Assembly: GCF_001194135.2 (NCBI RefSeq)
Contig: NC_068985.1
Coordinates: 67,978,737 to 68,030,040 of the forward strand
Source of the DNA: Octopus bimaculoides
Lineage: Eukaryota
Reading direction: 5' to 3'
Length of the DNA stretch: 51,304 nucleotides
This document shows, in pieces, positions 1 through 12,289 of the stretch (position 1 is the first letter of the stretch; every line of letters begins with the position of its first letter). Under the pieces are notes generated by a model. That model was not told the origin of the DNA and searched no databases. It was given only the letters and a program-made list of their open reading frames with translations. The position numbers and the translations under genes were made by a program.

Positions 1-1391
1 ATATATATAAAACTCAGTACTACCTCTCCCATCTTGTTCACATCTTTAAGAGGAGGGAGTAAGATTTAAGGGATACTTGTTTCTTATTCAAAAAAGCGGT
101 GATATCTGTCTGTTTGTCAATTGATCGTATACGGTTTCGCTTCTCAACATAATAGAAGATATATTGAGATATGCATCTGAACTATATTCAATCGCGTCAG
201 TTATTAGCATTGTACTTATCTAAAAGTTGGTATATAAAATAGCGTGTTGTTGCCGAGTAACATATCTAAAGAGGAGACTATTTCTCGACATGCAAATTAT
301 TCCAATTGTTTTAATTCGTATGTTAAATTTTAATTCTTTTACACCGGTATTTATATTTTTCTTAAAGTATTCAGTTAATTTTCTCTATAATATAATGTAG
401 CATTAACGGAAAGCTCATACAATGCTATTGTATACGCTTCCCTCCTTTAAGTAGAAGTATGTCAAAATTTATTTTGTACTACATCGTATATCATTCAACG
501 TTGATTCGTACATAATACTTACGTATGTCAATAAGACATGTTCGTTGTTTTCTCCTCTTGAGGATTTTAACTCCACCCTATAAACAAAAACATATATTAA
601 CTTTCCTTCACCTTCTCTCAATGATAATTATCCAGAGTAAACTTTTATTTTTGTTATGCAATGGTATTATAATGCACATTGTAAAGTATGGAAGTATCAT
701 AATTTCCTATTTTTCTACCAAACGCGATACAGCACTATGGTGGATATGTATGAAAGCACGTAACAGAAATGTTTTATTTACATAATGCAACCGTGTTGAA
801 CAAAAGCATGGATTAGAAAATATTCTTATAGATTTTGGTTTACAAGTATGTTTTACACTGATAGCTCATAAATATAACACGCGTTTACGTTTTCAGCTGG
901 TCTGTTAATCTTCCAGGAAGAGACCAGCAGCGGAGTCTCTACGTCAACTTCCTACAAATGTCATCCACATTTTACACGTTACTAAATTTAGCAATAATCA
1001 AAGACATATTGGTTAATATATCTCTAGCAATTTGAAGTCCTAGATAGCTAAATCAAAAAAGACACGATGGCCATGACTGTAATGTTATTGATAATGTGTC
1101 TGCCCAGTTCGGTTAACTTAGTTCAAATCCTTAAATTTAAAAATTTTCTATTGAAATCAAATATCTTTTGCTACTGACCAGTACCATGTGAGCGAAATTA
1201 TGAGAAACAGAATCTAATCTGTGAATATCATACATATTTAGACTGTATTTTTGAAGATTAAATTAGTATTTGTGTAGTTTTTTTAGATTTTTAAAAAATT
1301 TTCACGGTGTTTTAATTATTTTGAAGCTGGTAGGTTGACTGTGTGCTATTTCTACAGGGTCGATTCTATTCCAATTCAGTGTATACCTATA

Positions 1392-1513
<122 letters not shown>

Positions 1514-2199
1514 CTTATAATAATTCAGTCAAATTAGGTTCTTAAGTTGATGTACGAAGTCAGTCCGGTATTGTCTGCACAGCTCGAAGTTAGGTATTTA
1601 AAGGCAAATCATACCAAGGATGTTCACGTATTAGTGCATTACCGCCGTTTCAGGCGGCTGTATTTAATCGATCAATTCAAACATTACATCAATTTGAAAT
1701 ACATCCGCCTTCCTCGGATGCATAAGACAATATAGGTTTTCAACATACAAGATACCCCATGATGAATCGTTAGCAAATTTTTCATCAGAACTAGACAATA
1801 AAATAATTACATGCTTATTGCTATTTTTGAAGCAGAATGAACTCAGAGAGAAAATATTCCAAGCCTACTATAATTTGGAGTGGCAGAAGAGAATAACAAT
1901 GGTGGGGTCATGAAACGGTAATATAGCTACATTCATCTTTCTCCTTATCAAAATCAAAAGATCCAGTGCAGCTACATCCACTTAGAAATTAACATGACTA
2001 GTAAATGACAGTTAAGCTCTGGCTGCTGGTGATAAATTAATTAATGTTAGATACTCGTCCCTAGCCTATTTTACTGTGACTATAAATTCGCCATGACTAC
2101 ATAACGGAACATGCCTCACAAGATGCCAGCAAGATAATGGTACGTAACCAAAAAGAGGAATGGTAGGAATGACAAACTATTTTATTATTATCAGTTAAA

Positions 2200-3400
2200 A
2201 GGGACCTAAACTGGAAACAAAGGTCACAATGAGATCTAAGTGGACATTAAGTGTACAGGGGGAAAATAATATATATAAATTCATCAAAATTTATATATTA
2301 TATTTTGCATATTAAATAATGAAATTTAAATAATAAAATTTAGGACGGGATTTACGAACCAAGTACCAGAAGAAGGACAGATAAGTCCTAAAAAGTGGAG
2401 CAGTTTACATAAAATAGAAACCTCATAATGCTTCATTGTAGCAAACCGTTAAGGTGGTCATGATAAAACTATTCAACAATGATTCTATTATCAAATTTAC
2501 ATTTCATCCGAGAAGTAGTACCCATTTCCTATTGATTGAAAACCAAATATTAGGGTTGGGGGATAATCAATTCTATAACAGATAAATTTATTTAAACATT
2601 TTGGAAAAATATAATTATATAAAAAATAATTCCGGCATTATGAAAAAGAGGGTATAAGAATGTGCACAAATACCACATAAATNNNNNNNNNNNNNNNNNN
2701 ATATATATCATATAAAAAATATATTATTATTATAAAATGTAAATACAAATAAAATAATAAATATAAGTACCATATTGTATTATATTATAGCATGATTAAC
2801 TATAGAGAGAGGTTACAGCCCTTCACAAATCACAGAATGTTACACCAGTATATACGAGGGTAAATAGTATACAAAACACAAAATATAATAATATAATACA
2901 ATTTAAAAGAATAACTAAAATAAAATAAAGAATAAAAAAATAAAAATGAAGAACTATTTATATAAAATTTCAATACAGAATTTATAAAATGTAAAAATAG
3001 ACATAAAGATACAAGCTTTACGTTGTGGAAGCCATAAGATACATACTTGATGTAAAAAGAGATAAAAGATAAGATTTAAAAAAAAAAGGATAAGTCGAGG
3101 TATTCTAAACAAAATCAAATTAAATAATAAATAAAGATAAAGATATCATTGGATCCGGTTTTATAAAATATTTGTAAGATGTAATACAGCAAGCACTGAT
3201 ATTTGTAGAATCATATAATTCCTAGGGGATGTAGAGTATCATTAAGGGAGGCGTAAGATCTAGTAATTCATTGTAAATATACCTATGATGAACGATAGGG
3301 AAGGAAAACAGTGCAATAAACGTATAGGATGAATGCAGACTATACTGGTATGGTTTATAAGAGGGCAATATTATATACAATATATAATTTGCTACACTCG
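2200..3400 (+). mobile_element. Possible highly decayed L1/Tx1-like LINE C-terminal region
   Basis: Scattered, stop-riddled peptides resembling L1 ORF2 motifs: LKTKY*GWGIIN (cf. PKxxGGLGI), NHRMLHQY (cf. WRILH), EAIRYILD (cf. ETIxHIL). No continuous frame. Confidence 0.25.
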
Positions 3401-3489
3401 AGGGTGTGTTATGAATGATATGACACCCTAGAACATTTCTACCATTAAATCATAGTATGATAATGCCGGACATCCTTGTTACTTATTTG

Positions 3490-3523
<34 letters not shown>

Positions 3524-5699
3524 GCATCTGTGTACCTGTTTTGTTCGCATATCCATATGTTTTCCATAGAAACCGAAGTTTGGTTGCAAAATGTAGGAAA
3601 CAAAACCCAACAATTTCATTTCATACGTTATCTGCTGGCACGCTGTTAAGTCAGGGATCAAACATCGCATTATATGATTCAGTAACGGTGATGAGAAACG
3701 CATGTATTGTGTCAACGTCTGAAGGTGGCACAAGCATTCATTATTTTGAATTCATGCAATATTCCGGATAGAGTGAACGGTACTATAACAGAGAAAAATA
3801 AAAATTTGAAATTGATACTTGCAACTATGAGAATAAAGTACATCCCTTATCTGGAGCGATTTCTGAAATGGAACAGAAAGAAGAAACCTTAAAAAGATAA
3901 ACAGACAAGGTAGGCTGGTAGAACGATACGTTAGCCTACGTTACGTCTGTCGGGACTGGAACTAGAATCACACTGGATTTTAAAATCAGAGAAACATTGC
4001 GCGAAACAAAATTTAAAACTAACCTAAGAGAACAAGAATTCTGATCTATTTCACTAATTATTAATTCATACCCAATTAAGAAACCACGATCGAAAGATTC
4101 AGCTAAATTATATTTTTAACTAAAATAGTCCACTACATGTCCAAATTAAATTCTAAAATAACACTTTATTTTGATTTTTTTGTGGTTTGAACAGCACTAA
4201 GCAAAATCTCTTTCGATAAAGTGAGCATGGGGACACTTTATTTAAATTTGCTTTCGGTATCATCATATAAAGTAATATCTTCTGAAACCTTCATCGCTTT
4301 AAACGTACCTCTTCATTGCCGGTGTGGGTCGTTTCTTAGCAATGAGTATTTATTTTTATGTAGAGGTGGGGATCTCTAGATTTGCGCATTATTTATGACA
4401 CAGATACTGAGATTCTCTGTCAGTATGCACACCGAAATGTTTCTATATTGTGAACTTTTTATAAATGTACGTGCATAAAGTGTGTATTTTCTTATTGTCT
4501 CTATATAAGTATCCTTACATAGATTTGCTATATGCATAAGTGTGCAAGAACACACGAAACCACAATTTCTGTGCATGATTCTGTGGCATACTCCACATGT
4601 TTGATGCCTATGAACATAAATAGCATTTCGTGCATGCGCACATTTCTATGTATGATAATCTATATATGTATGTCACTGATTTTCTGTATATGTGAATTTG
4701 TGTCAATATTTTAACCTTAAGCAATTCCTCTGCGTGAAGCTCCATTATCCCCATCACCAAATAACGTTCCACTCTATTCGTTTACACACAGAAAGAACTG
4801 CACAAGCTTCAACTTTTAAACAAATGGAAAATATCTCGCACACTAGACACACTTTCAGTTTAGAAGCTATCTTACTCACCACTCAATTATCTTTAAGTGA
4901 AATGTACCATCATATATCAACATCTTACATTTTCCAGTTCTTGTTAATTGCGAAATTAACATTTTTAAAAACACATCATATAAATCTAGGCCTATATCAA
5001 TTATAAAAATATCACCGTTGTTTAAAATAACATACATACACATAGACAAACACGAACACGCACACACACATATTATATTAACTGATGAATATAAACAAAC
5101 TGCAAGAAACCTGCACACTATACTGAATACGACAAACCTAAATTTACTATCTACAAGTGCAAGATACATTTTAGTTCTTCACTAGTCTGATTACTCTGCA
5201 CTACACAAGAGACGACCGGTTACTATTACATATTGTATATTCTATCTCCTACTATGTATCTGCCTGTGTGTGTATTTGCGTGAATGTTTGCGTGTCTGTA
5301 TGTGAAAGTGTAACGGTAAGTTTGCATGAAGCATCGGAAAAATACATGCTAAATTACTTTTAATTAATTCTATAAATGTAACGGTAAAATTAGGTAGTTT
5401 ATATATAATTTATTTTCCATTGCTTCTAGTATTGCCAATAGACATTTGGAGAATTCTTCAACGTAAATTCATTCAACAAAGCTATTTTCTGTTCTACTTA
5501 TATATACACACATATATGTATGTGTGATTGTGTGTGTGTGTGTACATATATGTTTGTATGTATACTTATGTGTCTATGTGTACTGGCATCACTCCTTTAC
5601 TCATGTGAGACATGACCCTTTACAAACGACATGTAAGTGTTTTTGAACACTTTCATCAAATATATCTCAGACACATTCTGAATGTTGGCTGGAATTTAA

Positions 5700-6215
5700 A
5701 ATCTCCACGCACACAGGTGATATATTGAGTATTGAGGCGATGGTGCAAAAGTATCGATTACATTGGTTTGGACACCTTATTGGAATGAAGGATAGCAGGA
5801 TCCCTAAGCAGATGCTATATGGGGAAATGGAATGGAAAGAGAACCTGACAGAAGCTGCGATTTAAGGACTGTGTTAAGTCCTCATTAAAGGCCTGTGATA
5901 TGCAGGAGGCTGAATGAGAGTGCAATGCCTGTCATCGCCACAAATGGAGGAAGTAGGTTAAGACGGGGGTCGTCTCCTTTCACAGAGCACGTATTCTGCA
6001 TGAAGAACTTAAGCATGCTGCTCGAAAGCGCACTGCTCGTGTAGTGAATGGGGAAAGCTTGGTTTGCAATGTGTGCAGTCGTGTATACTTGTCAAGAGTA
6101 GGGCTCATTAGCCACCAACGAAGCTGCAAATGCAAAATATAAGTTAGTCCTAGAGCACACAATGTTTCTGAAGGTGAGCAACGTCCTTCCTAGGTCACAA
6201 GTGGACGGCCATCAT
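5700..6215 (+). mobile_element. RTE-clade LINE 3' fragment (5'-truncated)
   Basis: Hand translation gives SIEAMVQKYRLHWFGHLIGMKDSRIPKQMLYGEM...LRFKDCVKSSLKACDM...CNVCSRVYLSRVGLISHQRSC. This is the typical RTE thumb/C-terminus with a terminal C2H2-like motif, followed by a short 3' UTR. Confidence 0.85.
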
Positions 6216-6235
6216 ATGTGTGAATGATATATATA

Positions 6236-6445
6236 TGTTCTTTTACTTGCTTCAGTCATTTGACTGAGGTCATGCTGGAGCACCTTCTTTAGTCGAAGAA
6301 ATTGACCCGAGAATTTATTCCTAGTAAGCTTAGTGCATATTGTATCGGACCCTTTTTGGCGTACCTCTCTGTTTCGGTAACGTGAACACATCAACATCGG
6401 TTGTCAAGCAGAGGGAAATACAAACACAGACACAGTTACACACAA
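6236..6445 (-). mobile_element. tRNA-derived SINE, 3' part (same family as 38505-38940)
   Basis: Reverse complement aligns by eye with the 3' half of the 38505 copy: ...ttgacaaccgatg, ...tactaagctt, ...ccagcatgacctcagtcaaatgactgaagc. Confidence 0.8.
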
Positions 6446-8182
6446 ATATATATATATAGTCATTTTATGTGTATATGAATGATCATTTGTTTTTATGTAT
6501 ATTAGCGTGACCCAGTAACATTTGCCAGTTGGGACAGGAAAGAATTGCCGTTTCTATGCATTTATATGACGTTAATTTCTGAGAAATAGCATACGCGTCA
6601 GTAACTAGAAACACCCATCCCAATGTTAAATTCTATGTTATGCTGCATCCAAACAATATAGATATATATGTATGTACGTGTGTGTGGAGGAGCGTGTATG
6701 TATGTATTTCTGTGTGTACGTTAATGCGTGTTTGCAACTGAATGTGTGTGTACAGTCTAGCTTAGAACACATAAAAATATGCATGCTTGCACATGCCGTT
6801 ATACTCATATAGCGACATATATGAAAGCAGACACAACCCACTTACACACGTACATATGCACACACAGATGAACAAACAAACATAGACTTATGTACATAAC
6901 TGCTTACAAGTGTATACAGATGAGTAACCTTGCACAAAACGTGCCGTTGAATATTTCCATGACGTGCTGAGCAAAAAAAAAGTAGTAATTCTGTTACTCT
7001 ATAAAGTGGCATCCGCTGGAAAAATAGCTTCGAATGTACCAAAGAGTAAAAATAAATAAATAAGTTTATCTTCGCCAAATACGTCTGGTTATCACAAAGC
7101 CAGAAGAGAGACTCTCAAAGGATTTTCGTTTTAACGAATTCCCAAAATTCTTTTCCATCTAATTGTCTCTCGGTCGATATTTCTTTTACATGAAAACTCT
7201 CACAATCGTTTTACTCTTATTCTACATGCCAAACCCGAATGAACACCTCTTACACACGCTCACACTATCAGAGCTGAACAGAGACATATATAGATTCACA
7301 GATACAGACCCAGATACACTCAAAAACACGAATTTCTATACAATTTTCTTCTACTTTATTCTTACCATTTTACACGGTAATCTATTCATTTTATTTTATT
7401 TGTCAANNNNNNNNNNNNNNNNNNNNNNNNNNNNNNNNNNNNNNNNNNNNNNNNNNNNNNNNNNNNNNNNNNNNNNNNNNNNNNNNNNNNNNNNNNNNNN
7501 NNNNNNNNNNNNNNNNNNNNNNNNNNNNNNNNNNNNNNNNNNNNNNNNNNNNNNNNNNNNNNNNNNNNNNNNNNNNNNNNNNNNNNNNNNNNNNNNNNNN
7601 NNNNNNNNNNNNNNNNNNNNNNNNNNNNNNNNNNNNNNNNNNNNNNNNNNNNNNNNNNNNNNNNNNNNNNNNNNNNNNNNNNNNNNNNNNNNNNNNNNNN
7701 NNNNNNNNNNNNNNNNNNNNNNNNNNNNNNNNNNNNNNNNNNNNNNNNNNNNNNNNNNNNNNNNNNNNNNNNNNNNNNNNNNNNNNNNNNNNNNNNNNNN
7801 NNNNNNNNNNNNNNNNNNNNNNNNNNNNNNNNNNNNNNNNNNNNNNNNNNNNNNNNNNNNNNNNNNNNNNNNNNNNNNNNNNNNNNNNNNNNNNNNNNNN
7901 NNNNNNNNNNNNNNNNNNNNNNNNNNNNNNNNNNNNNNNNNNNNNNNNNNNNNNNNNNNNNNNNNNNNNNNNNNNNNNNNNNNNNNNNNNNNNNNNNNNN
8001 NNNNNNNNNNNNNNNNNNNNNNNNNNNNNNNNNNNNNNNNNNNNNNNNNNNNNNNNNNNNNNNNNNNNNNNNNNNNNNNNNNNNNNNNNNNNNNNNNNNN
8101 NNNNNNNNNNNNNNNNNNNNNNNNNNNNNNNNNNNNNNNNNNNNNNNNNNNNNNNNNNNNNNNNNATATTATATATATATGG

Positions 8183-8673
8183 TAAAGTTAATATGCCTAC
8201 AGAATGTTGCAGTCCAATAAAGGACGATGTTACTGTTGTTTGGGCCTCAGGAAAACATCTTTTCCAGCTACCTATCGACACAGAGTGTGTGTCCCTATAG
8301 CATTCTAGCCTTACGTGATACTCATAGACCTAGGTTTCTGGGTGGTTACCCGTCCTCGTTGTGAGACAACTACAAGCTATTGACGAAAGATTTCTCCACT
8401 CACAAATACAATATATATTCTTTAAGCAACGCACAGTTGTTGATCTCGTATAAAGCAAAGCAACTTGTGTTAAATCTCTGACGCGAGATAAACAGTAATG
8501 GTACCGAATAATAAAGTTTATATTCCTACAGAATGCGGCAGGCCTATTAAGGACAATGTTACTGGTGTTTTAGCACGACGAAAACATATTTTCTTGTTTA
8601 CTATCGACACACAGTTTCTGTCCGTATAGGAAGGGAGGTCATCGGTCGCATCTCGTACCTTACGTGATACTCA
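8183..8673 (+). repeat. Diverged ~330-bp tandem repeat (1.5 units visible between two gaps)
   Basis: taaagtt..atat.cctacagaatg...aaggac.atgttact...gaaaacat...ctatcgacac...ccttacgtgatactca occurs at 8183 and again at 8512. Confidence 0.8.
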
Positions 8674-8688
8674 NNNNNNNNNNTATAC

Positions 8689-8721
8689 ACTCCTCATTTC
8701 GAGTAGCTCGAAATGAGGAGT
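8689..8721. other. Perfect 15-bp inverted repeat with 3-nt loop
   Basis: actcctcatttcgag-tag-ctcgaaatgaggagt. Confidence 0.95.
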
Positions 8722-8867
8722 AGATAGATAGCGTCAACTGATGAAGGGTCTTTCTTTGTGTTACTTGTTCTGTTTTCCATTGTATTTTGCTTGCGTATTT
8801 AACTGGTGCGTTTTCGTACTTCATGCTGTTTACAGCTGACGTCCTTTTCTCAAATATGCATATATAT

Positions 8868-9255
8868 ATTGTGGCACTCCGTCGGTTACGGTGACAAAGG
8901 TTCTAGTTGATCCGATCAACGGAAAATCCTGCTCGTGAAATTAACGTGCAAGTGGCTGAGCACTTCACAGACACGTGTACCCTTAACGTAGTTCTCGGAG
9001 AGGTTCGTCGTAACACAGTGTGTGACAAGGCTATCCCTTTGAAATACAGGTAGAACAGAAACAGAAAAGAAGAGTGAGAGAAGTCATTGTTAAAGAGTAC
9101 AGCAGGGTTCTCCACCACACCCTGCCGGAGCCTCGTGGAGCTTTTAGGAGTTTTCACTCAATAAACACTCACAATGCCCGGTCCCAGGAATCGAAACGGC
9201 GTTCCTACGACCGCGTATCCGCTGCTCTAACCACTGGGGATTCGCGCCTCCACAT
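8868..9255 (-). mobile_element. tRNA-derived SINE, near full length (second family)
   Basis: Minus strand starts gtggaggcgcgaatccccagtggttagag (A-box-like) and continues gtttcgattcc (B box), then a body ending ...gtaaccgacggagtgccacaa at a TA repeat. Confidence 0.8.
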
Positions 9256-9744
9256 TCATGCAGGCACGCACACGCGCGCGCGCGCGCACGCACACACACA
9301 CACATATAATATATATAGAGAGAGACAGACAGACAGATAGAAGGAAAGAGTTTTATATATACATACATCCGTATACTTAGAATTCATATGCCAACAAAGT
9401 ATAGGCGACTGGCTTATTGGAAACTGATTTGTTACAGAACAAGAAAATATCAGACTATGTCGGTCGTGTGGAGAATAGTTTTCTGAATCGCCTAGAGTAC
9501 TGGTTCAAAGTTTGGCCGCTATATAATTTCAGCCTAACTGCAGAAGAGAAGGTTGAAGCAATCCAAGACTTATTCCAACGAAATTCTGTCTGATTAACAG
9601 ATGAGGTTCTTGAAGATGCCCTGGATTGTCTAGATTAATCTAGCAACACCAACGTCGAAATGAAACGCCTTTGCATGGAAAAATAATTCCACTGCTACAT
9701 TGAGATTAAGGACGCAAATATAACATGCCTCTATGGATAAGTAC

Positions 9745-9781
<37 letters not shown>

Positions 9782-10174
9782 TGTGTGTGTGTTTAGTGTA
9801 TTCGCTTATAAGTCTACGCTTGTGCTTCATAGGATTCAAGGTTTTCGTGGCTTTTGAAATCCTGACGACTGCAAAACACAAATTCCAATACGCCCCAAAA
9901 TAGTTAGATAACTATTATCTATTTCAGCTATGAGATGAACACATAAGGCAAGAAACCCATTCTAAATTACCTTTTTTCCAATTCACTGATATATAAGGAA
10001 AAAACTAACAGTGAGAGAATACCCGATAAATGAAATGAGTAAAGTAGCATTCAAAACGAAGATGTTGACTATAACAAGCAATGGTAAACGTATGACAATA
10101 AAAATGCGTGAGTGTGCTTATACATGTGTATAAATTGACAGAGAGAGAGAGAGAGAGGGGGGATGCATGTGTGC

Positions 10175-10225
<51 letters not shown>

Positions 10226-11099
10226 TGTGTGTGTTTTGATTTAATTTTAACTTTAATTTTGACCACTCACCTTGGTAATAAGGTTGTGAAAAAAATATAT
10301 CATTAAACATCCTTTAGTATATATTTTTACTATCTTTTCTTATTCTTCCTAATCGATGTGTACATTATAGCTGACATTTTCTTCTTATCCACGATATGTG
10401 TTGCATTCACCGATAAAAGTTGCATTCATTCTGTCAAAGGCATTTTGGCGGTTACACCACAGCCACGTTTCTGCATATCACTTTATACATTACCAGGTAC
10501 TCAATAAACACCATACTTCGTTTTTTCCGCCAGCTTGTTCAAGATTTAAATATTGTTGCATGTCAAATGATCGTGTAAAAACAGGTTCAGGTACCCAGCC
10601 TAAGCCATATATAGGAGATCTTCATTAGCAATAAGGAATTTAATTCTAGCATTGATGTTTTGGCTATATTTAGAGATGAGAAGTATAACGACAGCTGAAA
10701 GCCATGTGAGTACGTTTAATGTAAACTTAATATTTATTCCATATGATGTTATTAAATCATCAGGAAAAGTTAAGTATTTTGAACCAATGTTATTCTGTAA
10801 GATATTCATATATATGTGTGTGAATGTGCTTGTACACACACACGTGTACATATGCACATGCACACACACATACAAAATGCACACATATAGATACAAAAAT
10901 TAAGGAAGATTTGAAAGACATAATATACAATTCGAATAGGTTAAACATTTATAAAAAACTCTACTTATACTGATTTTAAAAAATCATAATTTAACATATT
11001 TAAGTATAATCCTATATAGAAAATAACGCATAAAACGAAAGCTTTTACACCTCTCGCCCACATGCGAATGAAAGAAAACAACTTGCAATATCGGATTAC

Positions 11100-11960
11100 G
11101 GCTCCCCACATCTCTCACCATCCCTCTATATTGTTCATAATATTCGATTTGAATTTTCACCAGGATAGTCTCTATTTTCCTATATTTCTGTTACGATATA
11201 AATTGCCTTTTATGTCGTTTAATCGGATTTTGAATCTATAAGACTTACCGTGATCTAACCTAGATATTTGGTATTCCTACTGTGAATTATTTGTAGCTTT
11301 CTAATTGCATTATCTTCACTTTATATTCGTGATAGACATAAATCTGTATTTTCCTCAGCTTTTGGGCGGTGAATTCTAAATGCAGTAATTATTTTTCGCT
11401 TGTTTAACACTAATTAATTCTCTTGTTTCTATAAACAGTTAATTACATATCTTGTCTAGTCACACTACCTTATTTAGCATTTAGTTGAGAGCATTACAAC
11501 TATAAATTCTTTAAAAGTCTGCTACAATCCTATTTATTAATTTAGATTTTTTAGCCTTCAGTTCTGATTAAATTATTAAACCAATTTGGATATAATATTC
11601 CTTTCCAAATTTTCCGACATTTGCATGTTGTACACTGTCATCTTTAAATACTAATTATTTGGTAAAATATACAAACATTTTTTTTTAATTAATGAGATGC
11701 TTCTTTTAGTTGTAGTTGCTGTGGGGCTTTACTTTTTTTTACACTGAATCTCGTATTGATTCGCCTATCAAAACTGTATACTTTCTGAAGTGGTATTTTC
11801 TGTAGTCTATCATTTTGAGGGTGCAATTTAAAATCATATCCAACAATAACTTCATGGTCCTCCCCTGCAAAGCATATTCCTGGGGTGTTTGACGCATTAG
11901 CGATAGAGCATGAATGACTGCATTTTTAATTGCATTAATTTTATTGTGCTGCAGCACCTA
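11100..11960 (-). mobile_element. Decayed L1/Tx1-like reverse transcriptase relic
   Basis: Minus-strand peptides in L1 order: QEYALQGRTM..LKMIDY (cf. QxxxVxGRxIxDNxxLxRDxIDY), SFDR (cf. KAFDR), NTKYLG, SW*KFKSNIMNNIEGW (cf. W..L..KI...L..W). Many stops and frameshifts. Confidence 0.45.
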
Positions 11961-12121
11961 ACTTTATATATTTTTACGTTAATATTTCATCACTTTGATG
12001 TAAGTTGTATTTTGTGTTTCAATGACGAGCCATGAATGTTCAGGTAATATGTTGAAGGAGTTTTTCGTTGGTTGCATTGTATTATTCACGACATTTTCTG
12101 AATAGGATATGAACTGTGTAC

Positions 12122-12223
12122 CTTCTTCTTCTTCTTCTTCTTCTTCTTCTTCTTCTTCTTCTTCTTCTTCTTCTTCTTCTTCTTCTCCTTCTTCTCCTCC
12201 TCCTCCTCCTCACTCCTCTTCCT

Positions 12224-12288
<65 letters not shown>

Positions 12289-12289
12289 A
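12122..12289. repeat. Compound triplet microsatellite (TTC)n-(CTC)n-(CTA)n
   Basis: Read directly; it truncates the adjacent LINE within its RLE domain. Confidence 0.95.

Noticed and set aside
895-935. Small hairpin gctggtc..tcttcc-a-ggaaga-gaccagc after a polypyrimidine-AG
   Set aside because: It has a short bulged stem with a 1-nt loop, and no frame or donor site supports an exon.
3457-3892. Overlapping 104-aa and 61-aa ORFs in unique sequence
   Set aside because: No recognisable domain; the N-terminus derives from a TA repeat; no convincing splice pair.
7163-8281. Long ORFs (340 and 292 aa); likewise 25499-26347, 29990-30551, 40180-41396 and 42142-42838
   Set aside because: Their length comes from N-gaps translated as X; they are not evidence of coding.
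9170-9255. tRNA genes at the SINE heads (also 19258, 38505, 43605)
   Set aside because: A/B boxes are present, but there is no complete cloverleaf and each continues into a SINE body.
10629-10705. Possible 77-bp exon (AG..GTGAGT) encoding a hydrophobic IRNLILALMFWLYLEMRSITTAESH
   Set aside because: The donor is good but the acceptor has almost no pyrimidine tract, and there are no partner exons or homology. Hydrophobic peptides are common by chance in AT-rich DNA. RNA-seq would be needed.
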